Shown here: piece after piece, positions 37,185 through 45,553 of the stretch | Position numbering within the stretch: position 1 is the first letter of the stretch | Layout of the letters: each line of letters begins with the position of its first letter | DNA from: an uncultured virus (IMG/VR IMGVR_UViG_3300021256_002084) | Lineage: Duplodnaviria; Heunggongvirae; Uroviricota; Caudoviricetes | Strand: one strand, 5' to 3' | Length of the DNA stretch: 64,000 nucleotides | Virus record (IMG/VR): IMGVR_UViG_3300021256_002084 | Made by a program: the position numbers and the translations under genes | Notes under the pieces: model-generated | What the model saw: only the letters and a program-made list of their open reading frames with translations | Databases searched by the model: none | Told to the model about the DNA's origin: nothing

Positions 37185-38278
37185 TTCAAATTCTGAATAT
37201 AGTCACGAACAATTTCAAAATTCTTCTCAAACTCACCACCAGTCAAATAAGTGATACGCTCAGATGGATAATCGAAGTTTCGTATCAGTTTCTCCAACTT
37301 CGCCATATTCTCTTTGCGTTCACTCATTGATGCTTGTTTCATATAGCGAGAGCCGTCATCAACGAAGTTCGGATTGCCGGGACGAACAACGAAGATATGA
37401 TCCCAACGAAAGTACTTCGCAACAGAACGAGCGTGTAGAGTCAATGCCTGGTAGTCGTCCATTGATATATCAATGTCCGGATCATAGACATATGCCTTAG
37501 CGTACATAAGCGTCACTAAGTTGTCAGTGTCCTGGATAGTGATGCCTTTCTGAGCGTTCATCACTGCTTTCTTGTACTCTTCGTACTGACCGGAGATGAA
37601 CTGATGAAAATCATTCGCCACGAGGTCGACGTCAGTGATGTTACGCTGCTCCATATAGATACGCCCGTACTCAACTGTCTTCGGGATGTTGAAGTACTTA
37701 GCAATATCATTAACGAGAGTCGTCTTACCCTCAGATGCAGTTCCGATGACCAGGATGTTCTTGACGAAGTATGGTTGGAACGTCTTCACAATCTGCGGAA
37801 ACCACTTCATTGGCTCCTTACGTATTGCTGTTCCGGAAATCGGATTCACACGATGAATGTAAATCACCGGTTCATCGATTGCAGTCAAATCATTAACATA
37901 TCTTTGCTCAGCAACATAGAAGTGATAATTTCCCCAGCAGAGTTGGAAGCGCTCGGCTCTCAGAATAATTTCAATCTGATGCTTCACTTCTTTCGTCCAG
38001 ACGTTCCAGTTATGCAGAGACATCGATTCGTCAATTCCCAGCTTTGTATCATTGACTTTGAGTACAGTTATCTGCTCGTCGCCTTTGAAGAACTCAGTGA
38101 CAAGAGCATATCGTTTGTTCAAATCGAGTTTGATTTCATTAGCACGAGGCTCATTATCATATCCGCAGACTACGACAAATACCTTGTCGCACTGCTTCTT
38201 TGCTTTCATAATGACATCAAGATGTCCTCTGTGCATCGGACAATAGCCGCCGAAACATATTCCAACTTTGTTAGGCAT
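37181..38278 (-). CDS. nadR: NadR-type bifunctional NMN adenylyltransferase / nicotinamide riboside kinase (no HTH)
   Basis: GGYCPMHRGH, ISGT.IR, Walker A GTASEGKTT, EYGR, DTD, DDGSR. Confidence 0.85.
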   Translation of the reverse strand: MPNKVGICFGGYCPMHRGHLDVIMKAKKQCDKVFVVVCGYDNEPRANEIKLDLNKRYALVTEFFKGDEQITVLKVNDTKLGIDESMSLHNWNVWTKEVKHQIEIILRAERFQLCWGNYHFYVAEQRYVNDLTAIDEPVIYIHRVNPISGTAIRKEPMKWFPQIVKTFQPYFVKNILVIGTASEGKTTLVNDIAKYFNIPKTVEYGRIYMEQRNITDVDLVANDFHQFISGQYEEYKKAVMNAQKGITIQDTDNLVTLMYAKAYVYDPDIDISMDDYQALTLHARSVAKYFRWDHIFVVRPGNPNFVDDGSRYMKQASMSERKENMAKLEKLIRNFDYPSERITYLTGGEFEKNFEIVRDYIQNLK

Positions 38279-38281
38279 AAC

Positions 38282-38659
38282 TCATTCAATATTAAATTCG
38301 AAAATCAAACCGTCATATCTAGAATCAGAATCTTGAGAGTCTATATCAACGGGATGCTGAAAACAAGAGACGTTCCATCCGTGTAATTCGTATAGCCTCT
38401 TTAGTATGCTGAGATTTCTGTTCAACGCCGACTTAACGTATTCTACGTCCCAAGGTTTTGTCGGATACAAAAGCCTATTCATTATCTTATTCACATTGAG
38501 AATCTGCTCTACAGAAATAGACTTACGAATCTTTCCGTATTCTTCTACTTCGTTGTCAGTCAATTGCAACGTGTGGTTGATAACATAAACTAATGAACGA
38601 TACTCAGGATAATACATTCTGAAGTCGTCAAACGGACTATATATTTCAATGTCTGACAT
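38282..38659 (-). CDS. Hypothetical protein
   Basis: 125 aa ORF tightly packed in the operon. Confidence 0.6.
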   Translation of the reverse strand: MSDIEIYSPFDDFRMYYPEYRSLVYVINHTLQLTDNEVEEYGKIRKSISVEQILNVNKIMNRLLYPTKPWDVEYVKSALNRNLSILKRLYELHGWNVSCFQHPVDIDSQDSDSRYDGLIFEFNIE

Positions 38660-38665
38660 ATTTCT

Positions 38666-38902
38666 TCACTTATGATGATTATGTTCACGAACTTGTTCAA
38701 TCGTATATGCCGGAAGAAAATACTTCTTGTCTGGACATCTAGAATTCTTCTTCAGATGTGTGAATCTCTCGTCGGGTTCGTTCGGACGTCCAGCGTCCTG
38801 TGCAGCCAACCACGCAGCCTCACAAGAATACGTCTTGTAATCACAGTTGATGTCTAACTTTCGACTGCAATTTTTACAAAAGGGTTTTCTTCCGATTAAC
38901 AT
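38666..38902 (-). CDS. Small Cys-rich hypothetical protein
   Basis: 78 aa with CxxC and further Cys. Confidence 0.55.
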   Translation of the reverse strand: MLIGRKPFCKNCSRKLDINCDYKTYSCEAAWLAAQDAGRPNEPDERFTHLKKNSRCPDKKYFLPAYTIEQVREHNHHK

Positions 38903-38913
38903 AATCCTAACGA

Positions 38914-41037
38914 TTAGAAATAGAACTTCAAATCAGCGAATACGCTCGTACCGCAGTTACGGAACCAGAGAACAGTATCATCTTTTCCGATTGCTGCATT
39001 GTAATAGTTTGTCCTGTTGAAGATATTATTGACTCTCAAGCCGGCTTCAATCTTCTTCCAGCGATAAGTTCCCTCTACATTGAACAACAGATACTCAGGA
39101 ATAGTATACTTGTTCTCAATGTCCATATACATCTTTGTATGATATTGGTTGTTAATTCCGACGCGCCAGTTAGATGCCTGATAACAGATTTCGTTATTGA
39201 ACGTGAACGCGGGAGTCAGAATATGAGTTGTTTCTCCGTAAGTCGCAGTCTTGATTCTGTTACGACCCAACGATGCATTCAGCACATAGTGAAAGTTGCT
39301 CCAGAAATTCCAGTCTACTGTTGCTTCTGCGCCATAACGATATGACTTGTCAGCAGTATCGTGTAAGGGCAGACCGTTTAAGCCGTATTGTCCGTTGAGA
39401 ACACGCTCATTGCGGAAGTTCATATAATACAGATTGACATTTGCCTTAATCTTATCCGTAGAGACTTCATAACCCAATTCGACATCGTTAGAACGTTCGG
39501 CCTTATTGGTTGTCAAGTCTCCGACGAAAAACTCATTTCCGCCGAACATATCTGTACGAGTCGGCTCACGGCTTACCTCAGCATAGCGCACATATAACTT
39601 ATTGTGATTGTCGATATTGTATGAGATTCCAAGACCATAGTTCACGAAGTCCCAATTCGTTCCGAAATCGTTCTTAGAGAATGACATCGCATCGTTCATA
39701 TGATCTGTGTATCGGAAATCGACGTGACGATATTGCACATTAGCATTAAAGTCAAACTTGCCTAACGTATAGTTGACAGCAGCAAAGACGTTAGCGTCAT
39801 TCTTGTAACCAGTATTATCATAGTATTCGTCTGAACTTACATTCTTGAAGTGCTCGCTGACACAGTCGTTCATAAAATGCTCACGCTGATATTTGTAGAC
39901 GTTAGTCCCGACAGTGAAGTTCAAGTCGTTGAAATAGAATTTGGCTGCTGCGTTCGCACCATAGAGATAATGCCGTAATCCGTAACTATATACAATGCCA
40001 GTCAGAGTCCAAGGCGTACCATCACCGTTCGGGTCAGTAACCATCCTGTTCATATAGTTGTCCAAGTCCATATTGTACCAGCCGTTCTGATATTGCAGAT
40101 ATGCTGATGCAGTCAGGAAGATGTTGTCATTGAACTTACCTTTGTACTGAATCTTGTTGACCGACTGAAACCATTCGTCTATATCATCAGCAACATTGCC
40201 GTTAGCGTGCTTGTTCGCAGCGAGTTCGTCAAGCGTGTTTCCAAGCCATCCCTGACAATTACGATGACGTCCGTTAAGTGAGAGAATGTCAATAGAATGA
40301 CGGTCGTTGAACCAATAACCGTACTTCAGTGTAAATGCCTGGGAATTGTTGAATGAGTTGTCTCTGAATCCGTCAGTCTGCTGCTGTGTAGCCTTAACGT
40401 GGAAAGCGTGGTGACCGCCAAGCAATCCGGAATTGTAAATCAGAGAAGTCTTATATGTATTATAAGAACCGGCTCCGATGTATGCATAGGAAGTTGTATC
40501 AGTAAGAAGATTCACTGATTCAAGATTGATGCTACCACCGCTGCTTGCCGTACCGTTGTTAGTCGCAGAAGAACCACGTTCGACTTTGATGCTATGCATA
40601 GATGACATCAAGTCCGGAGAATTAGCGAAGTATGTTCCGTAGTCCTCAGATTCATTCCAAGGCATTCCGTCCATAGTAACGTTGATTCGAGTCTGGTCGA
40701 GACCGCGGATACGGAAATAACCGTAGCCGAACTCTGTTCCGTTGTCGTCCATAGAGAATACATTGGGCATCTTTGCGAACAGATGCGACGGCTCCTGACC
40801 GTAGTTCTCAGAAATCAGAGTCTTGTTATCAATGAGATAACCGACATTGACGTTGTTGCGATACAGCGATGTGACAGTGACTTCGTCCAACTTGATAGTA
40901 TCACTGATGACATCTGCTGAGACGGGAACGTCTTTAGTGTTGTTGTTACTTGAGCGTGTAGTGCTCTTAATGTTCTCACTCTTTGCTGTAAAAGCGAAAG
41001 CGCTAATCAATGCGCAGATTAAAAATAATTTTCTCAT
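38914..41037 (-). CDS. TonB-dependent outer-membrane receptor (vitamin-type)
   Basis: Signal peptide MRKLFLICALISAFAFTAKS, TonB-box-like LDEVTVT, plug IRGLDQTRINV..DG.P, NNIFN, C-terminal F. Confidence 0.9.
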   Translation of the reverse strand: MRKLFLICALISAFAFTAKSENIKSTTRSSNNNTKDVPVSADVISDTIKLDEVTVTSLYRNNVNVGYLIDNKTLISENYGQEPSHLFAKMPNVFSMDDNGTEFGYGYFRIRGLDQTRINVTMDGMPWNESEDYGTYFANSPDLMSSMHSIKVERGSSATNNGTASSGGSINLESVNLLTDTTSYAYIGAGSYNTYKTSLIYNSGLLGGHHAFHVKATQQQTDGFRDNSFNNSQAFTLKYGYWFNDRHSIDILSLNGRHRNCQGWLGNTLDELAANKHANGNVADDIDEWFQSVNKIQYKGKFNDNIFLTASAYLQYQNGWYNMDLDNYMNRMVTDPNGDGTPWTLTGIVYSYGLRHYLYGANAAAKFYFNDLNFTVGTNVYKYQREHFMNDCVSEHFKNVSSDEYYDNTGYKNDANVFAAVNYTLGKFDFNANVQYRHVDFRYTDHMNDAMSFSKNDFGTNWDFVNYGLGISYNIDNHNKLYVRYAEVSREPTRTDMFGGNEFFVGDLTTNKAERSNDVELGYEVSTDKIKANVNLYYMNFRNERVLNGQYGLNGLPLHDTADKSYRYGAEATVDWNFWSNFHYVLNASLGRNRIKTATYGETTHILTPAFTFNNEICYQASNWRVGINNQYHTKMYMDIENKYTIPEYLLFNVEGTYRWKKIEAGLRVNNIFNRTNYYNAAIGKDDTVLWFRNCGTSVFADLKFYF

Positions 41038-41066
41038 TTTGTTTTGAATTTGAATTAAATCTGCGG

Positions 41067-41097
41067 CAAAGGTAGAAAATAATTCTGAATTACGCAA
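41067..41097 (-). promoter_or_regulatory. Bacteroidota sigma-A type promoter of the receptor-nadR-pnuC operon
   Basis: TTGC-N19-TACCTTTG. Confidence 0.7.
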
Positions 41098-41147
41098 GCG
41101 TTATTGGAGAAAAGCGCAATTTGTTAACAATATTTAACAAATAGAAG

Positions 41148-41219
41148 TACTCCGCCTGAGAATCGAACTCAGATTACGACATTGAGAGTGTCGCGTCCTG
41201 ACCGTTAGACGAACGGAGC
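41148..41219 (-). tRNA. tRNA-Glu (anticodon CTC)
   Basis: Cloverleaf GCTCCGT...CGACA-CTCTCAA-TGTCG...CTGAG-TTCGATT-CTCAG-GCGGAGT-A; CCA not encoded. Confidence 0.9.
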
Positions 41220-41227
41220 AAATAGTG

Positions 41228-41309
41228 TAGCGATGAAGGGAATTGCACCCATACGGATTTCTCCACTCGTTTTTGAGACGAGCCTGTCTACTAGTTCCAG
41301 CACATCGCC
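41228..41309 (-). tRNA. tRNA-Leu (anticodon CAA)
   Basis: CTCGT-CTCAAAA-ACGAG anticodon arm, long variable arm, A73; atypical A18 and G55. Confidence 0.85.
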
Positions 41310-41318
41310 GAATGATAG

Positions 41319-41402
41319 TGGGGGAAGCGAGGTTCCAACTCGCACGTCCATCTGGACAACGGGGCTTAAATCCGTCGCGTCTAGCCATTCCGCCATTCCC
41401 CC
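41319..41402 (-). tRNA. tRNA-Leu (anticodon TAA)
   Basis: ACGGA-TTTAAGC-CCCGT arm, long variable arm, A73; atypical C19 and G56. Confidence 0.85.
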
Positions 41403-41411
41403 GAATGCTAG

Positions 41412-41499
41412 TGGAGGTGGAGGGATTCAAACCCTCAATCCCGTTTGTATGGGCGTCCGGTTCTGAGCCGGAAGTGTATCTCATTTCCACCACACCTCC
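41412..41499 (-). tRNA. tRNA-Leu (anticodon CAG)
   Basis: TCCGG-CTCAGAA-CCGGA arm, long variable arm, A73; atypical A19 and T56. Confidence 0.85.
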
Positions 41500-41510
41500 A
41501 AATTATATTG

Positions 41511-41599
41511 TGACTGAGGTGGGACTCGAACCCACACGTCTCGTTTTAAGAGACATCGCGTTCTCAGCGCGATCCGTATACCAGTTCCGGCACTCAGCC
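41511..41599 (-). tRNA. tRNA-Leu (anticodon GAG)
   Basis: TCGCG-CTGAGAA-CGCGA arm, canonical GG D-loop and TTCGA T-loop, long variable arm. Confidence 0.9.
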
Positions 41600-41606
41600 A
41601 TATATA

Positions 41607-41657
41607 CAAAATAAACAACTCCGGATTGATTTCGTAAGATCCAAACCGGAGTTGTTT
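41607..41657 (-). terminator. Attenuator-type terminator immediately upstream of the first tRNA
   Basis: Perfect 12-bp stem AAACAACTCCGG/CCGGAGTTGTTT followed by ATTTT, 13 nt before tRNA-Leu(GAG). Confidence 0.8.
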
Positions 41658-41697
41658 CAGACTATATAATAAGTCTATATATAATTATTCGGAGATC

Positions 41698-41784
41698 TTA
41701 CATATGAACACAACGTAACTCAGCGAGAAGCAATAACTCCTCGTTCAGCAAGTTAAGTTCAATATGTAGATTCCTTGTAATCAT
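41698..41784 (-). CDS. Leu/Glu-codon-rich leader peptide of the tRNA array (28 aa)
   Basis: ATG ATT ACA AGG AAT CTA CAT ATT GAA CTT AAC TTG CTG AAC GAG GAG TTA TTG CTT CTC GCT GAG TTA CGT TGT GTT CAT ATG TAA; 9 Leu, 4 Glu (3 GAG). Confidence 0.75.
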   Translation of the reverse strand: MITRNLHIELNLLNEELLLLAELRCVHM

Positions 41785-41790
41785 CAATTC

Positions 41791-41842
41791 TATTTATCTA
41801 AACTAATTTGAGTCAAAATTCAATTTGCTCTTACTATTTATA
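41791..41842 (-). promoter_or_regulatory. Late-type promoters of the leader/tRNA unit
   Basis: GATAAATA at 41791-41798, 6 nt before the leader ATG; TATAAATA at 41835-41842. Confidence 0.65.
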
Positions 41843-41885
41843 CTCGTCTTTTTGATTTTAGTCTCTTAAACAGAGAAAATTTTTA

Positions 41886-42644
41886 TCAGAAACTGAAAAT
41901 TGAGTACATCAGACTGATGTTTAGTGACGGACGTAACTGCATATCCGATGTCAGACCGTATCCGATTGACGGGCCGATATGCCAGTGTTTCTGCGGGAAG
42001 CACTTCTTCAGAGTCTTAATCTAAGTCGGGTCGACAACAACACCTTCGATGTCCATAATCTGCACATACGGATTATTAGAGCGTGCTATAATCTTAATCT
42101 GCTTGTCTTTCTTTCCCTCAATCAAGTTGAATGTGAAGTTAACAGGAATAGACAAGTTGTTGATTGTTGTAGAAAACTGAGAAAAGTTACTCAGAACATC
42201 TGTTCGACCAGTCAGAGAATAGTATCCGTTAGTTTCATTCGCACTCCAGTAGAGATTCTTCCAGACATTGTTGAGAGAATCCTTAGACTGTCCGATTGAA
42301 TCGCTCTTTGCTGGAACTTCTTTGATTTCGTACTTAGTAACGATTTTCGTAACAACCAATGGGTTGTCTTTGAGATTCTTTATTTCTGCATAGAGTTCTT
42401 TATTCTGATTCTTCAAGTCCTTGATTTCCTGGATATAGAGATTCTTAGCGACATATGCAGAGTCGAGGATGTTCTTATAAACATATAGACTGTCTTTATA
42501 GATAACTGTCTGATTGTGTGCTGCGTGTTGATAATGACGTGCTGAGATATACATACCCAACGTCAAGAGAGACAATATGACAATAATCCAGTCTTTGAAA
42601 GTGAATTTGGAGATAATCTCCCAAAGATTTTTAAGAAAGTTCAT
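41886..42644 (-). CDS. Spanin-like lysis/membrane protein (TAG=Gln at 42021)
   Basis: N-terminal TM helix, coiled coil, and after read-through KHWHIGPSIGYG...PSLNISLMYSIFSF, an amphipathic beta hairpin ending in Phe. Confidence 0.6.
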
Positions 42645-42761
42645 TTTAATTCAATTTTCTTTTATTTATCGTCACCAAAGTTGCATATTGCGATTTAGAT
42701 GAACAAAAAGGACGTCTAACCATAAGATTGACGTCCCTTAATATGTTAAATGATAGTTATA

Positions 42762-43823
42762 TTACTTCTTCTTTGACTTTGTCTTTACGACTGGCTTCTT
42801 TCTCTTCGAAGTCTCTGAAGAATTTGTTGCTTTCTTGCGACCGCGAGCAGACTTCTTCTTAGTCTCTTCTGCTTCGGCTTCTTTAGCAGCGATGCGTGCA
42901 TTACGCTCGGCTTCGTACTCTTCGTCGATGTTCAGACCAGCAAGTTCTTCGGGTAAGTCTGAAGGGATATCTTCATCTGCGATGCCACCGAGAATATCAT
43001 CGAGTTCTTCGGATTCTGGTTCTGCTTCAACATCGCCTTCTACTTCATCTTCAGTCTCAACAACATCATCCTCTTCTTCGACGATGTCTTCTACTTCAGC
43101 GTCTTGTGGGAGAATTGGTTCGATTGTATCTTCAATCTCTTCTTCAACATCATCTTCGATAGCGTCTGCCGGTTCATCAATAACGTCGGGAATTGGTTCT
43201 TCTGTTACTTCGTCTTCAATTGGGTCGCTGAGTTCTACCTCTTTCTGAAGTTCTTCTGCTTGCTGTTGCTTTTCGGCTTCGTCGAGTTTCTTGCATTCTG
43301 CATTGAGTTCCTCGATTGCTGCTTGCTTTTCTTCTTCAGTCATAGGCTTGTTGTTCTCATAACCAAGGATAGCATTCTGAGGAACGTCAATATTCACAGT
43401 CTGCTGAGTCTGCTCTTCTACAGCCTTGGGTTTATCAACAAAGGAAAGTTTTTTAACTACTTTCGGTTTATCGTCACCAGCAAACTCATCTTCCATCTGC
43501 TTCACTTTGTCGTTCCATACTTTATCATAGTATGCTTTCTGTTCTTCGGCGAGACGACGTGATGCAGCCATCTGCTGCTGTTCCATAATCATCTGCTCGT
43601 GAGTGGGTCTCTGTACTACTACAGGGTCAACGTCCATATAAGTCTTCACCTGACCGTTCTTGTTGTCGATTACGACAGGACTATCAGAATACACTTTCTT
43701 AATGGGAACTTGTGGTGTGCCTGGCTGAAAGTACTTCGACCAGTCTTCTTTATTAGTCTCTTTAGTGCCAGATGCTCCCCATCCGGCATTAGGATTCTTT
43801 CCAAAATACTCAGAATAATTCAT
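42762..43823 (-). CDS. Acidic low-complexity protein with basic tail
   Basis: 353 aa, D/E-rich; GATAAATA at 43857. Confidence 0.75.
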   Translation of the reverse strand: MNYSEYFGKNPNAGWGASGTKETNKEDWSKYFQPGTPQVPIKKVYSDSPVVIDNKNGQVKTYMDVDPVVVQRPTHEQMIMEQQQMAASRRLAEEQKAYYDKVWNDKVKQMEDEFAGDDKPKVVKKLSFVDKPKAVEEQTQQTVNIDVPQNAILGYENNKPMTEEEKQAAIEELNAECKKLDEAEKQQQAEELQKEVELSDPIEDEVTEEPIPDVIDEPADAIEDDVEEEIEDTIEPILPQDAEVEDIVEEEDDVVETEDEVEGDVEAEPESEELDDILGGIADEDIPSDLPEELAGLNIDEEYEAERNARIAAKEAEAEETKKKSARGRKKATNSSETSKRKKPVVKTKSKKK

Positions 43824-43917
43824 AAAGTTCTCTTTTCTTAGAATTTTTATTTTACTTATTTATCAAAGAAAATGAGAGAACTTGTACAATTCTCTCAAAT
43901 TATTGATAATCTGTATG

Positions 43918-44430
43918 TCATCTATTAAGATATGCTCTGAATTTGTGGGCGATTCCCTTCCATTCGATACCGTCTTCATGACCGTAAATTTTCTTGAAAC
44001 AATACAAGATTTTATAGAAGAAATCGATGAGTTCGTCAGCAGTCTTGATAACGATGTCAGTCTTCAGAACGTCTTCATATCCGTCGTTGCGGAGAACGAA
44101 ATCGTTGCGATAATACTCGACGCCAAGACGCTCAATCAGTCTGTCAGTCTTTCCGGGTTCGAGATTGTCTCCAGCCAGGATGTCGAAATCTTTACGAGTG
44201 AGCTTGATAGCATTCAGAGGGATGGGTGCGAACATATCATTTTCAGCACCGAACTTACGGTATGTAGCCTTTCCCAGAACACTTATAATAAAGTCCTTGC
44301 GTGCTTGTTCTGCTTCAGCGGCTGCACGGGCAGCGTGACGAGCAGTTTTCAACTGACGGTTCAACTGTTCAGTTGAGTTTCTCTGATAGTAGTTCTCTAC
44401 CAATGCGTATACGTATTTGTTATAAATCAT
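43918..44430 (-). CDS. Hypothetical protein
   Basis: 170 aa ORF in operon. Confidence 0.65.
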   Translation of the reverse strand: MIYNKYVYALVENYYQRNSTEQLNRQLKTARHAARAAAEAEQARKDFIISVLGKATYRKFGAENDMFAPIPLNAIKLTRKDFDILAGDNLEPGKTDRLIERLGVEYYRNDFVLRNDGYEDVLKTDIVIKTADELIDFFYKILYCFKKIYGHEDGIEWKGIAHKFRAYLNR

Positions 44431-44432
44431 AA

Positions 44433-45545
44433 TTATACAATCTTATATATTTCTTTTATCGTTCCATCAGGTAAGTTCTGATGTTCGGGAAGATGAATCA
44501 AATCATAGTTGATGATATTCGGGACGATGTCTCTGAATTCTTTACTCTTCGGTCTCACTACCCACTCTTCTGACATATCAAAGTCTTCAAGATGACGTGC
44601 GTAGATATTGCATTTCTTCAATGCTTGTGCATAAGCCCAGATGTGAAACCAGCAATCTACGACCGGATACCCGTCTGCATCAAACGTCTGAGGATTCCAA
44701 AACTTGAACTTAATAGCATCATCGGAACAAGTGACGTTCATATGCATAAACTGCTCTTGATTGCTGATTTGCAGGAATATCTGCATAAACTTCTTAGCAA
44801 GTTTCGCAATTTCGAAAGTATCAAATTCTACAGCACCCATCAAGCGTCTGAACATTTGCGGTATAGCGAGACGATTGACTTCAATCTTATTGTCTCTATA
44901 TTTTCCGGCAAACTTATCATCATAGTATCTGATGAATTTGTCAGCCATCCAGTATTCATTCAAGAAAGCATCACGATAGAGTTCATCATCTGCTTGCGGG
45001 CACCAAACGGACTTGCTGTTCTCTTCGAGATTCTTGCTCTCATTGAACATTCTTTTCCATCTCTGTTCGAGTTTAGCGTCCTTAGCGTCTTTCTTCCACT
45101 GAAGTTCTATCTTACGGGCTTGATTATCGTATATGTCCTCGAAGTTATTGTTGTCTTCGACTTCATCAATCAGATGAGCGGAATGAGCGAAGACTTCTAC
45201 TCTTTGGTTAGTGTCTCTGTCTTGTATAACGAAATACTTTACGGCATCCGTGTCCATTTCATCCCATACATAATTGACGATTGGTCCGAAGCATTTCTTG
45301 TTATTCTTAACGGAGTGTCCGTAAATACATCTGCCGATATAAAACCCATCGTCTTCCTTTTCTCCGGTCTTAGCGACTTTCTTGTCGTTAGTCTGTTTGC
45401 GAATAGTAGGAGAGTCAAGTGGGATAATACGATATTCCAGCCCACAAGTATGTTGCGGACCGCGGTTGATGTTGGTCATCATCTCAGATGGGAGACCGAA
45501 CTCAAGAACCGCCTTGTCGAAATCGAAATCAACGCTCGGTATCAT
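44433..45545 (-). CDS. Hypothetical protein
   Basis: 370 aa ORF in operon. Confidence 0.7.
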   Translation of the reverse strand: MIPSVDFDFDKAVLEFGLPSEMMTNINRGPQHTCGLEYRIIPLDSPTIRKQTNDKKVAKTGEKEDDGFYIGRCIYGHSVKNNKKCFGPIVNYVWDEMDTDAVKYFVIQDRDTNQRVEVFAHSAHLIDEVEDNNNFEDIYDNQARKIELQWKKDAKDAKLEQRWKRMFNESKNLEENSKSVWCPQADDELYRDAFLNEYWMADKFIRYYDDKFAGKYRDNKIEVNRLAIPQMFRRLMGAVEFDTFEIAKLAKKFMQIFLQISNQEQFMHMNVTCSDDAIKFKFWNPQTFDADGYPVVDCWFHIWAYAQALKKCNIYARHLEDFDMSEEWVVRPKSKEFRDIVPNIINYDLIHLPEHQNLPDGTIKEIYKIV

Positions 45546-45553
45546 CTCTGTTA

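Noticed and set aside
41038..41066. TPP or other riboswitch before the TonB receptor
   Set aside because: Only about 30 nt between the promoter and ATG, with no aptamer motifs
41148..41599. Amber suppressor tRNA (anticodon CTA)
   Set aside because: Anticodons read CTC, CAA, TAA, CAG and GAG; no suppressor seen in this window
41134..41614. Track ORFs overlapping the tRNA array
   Set aside because: The region is fully explained by five tRNA cloverleafs
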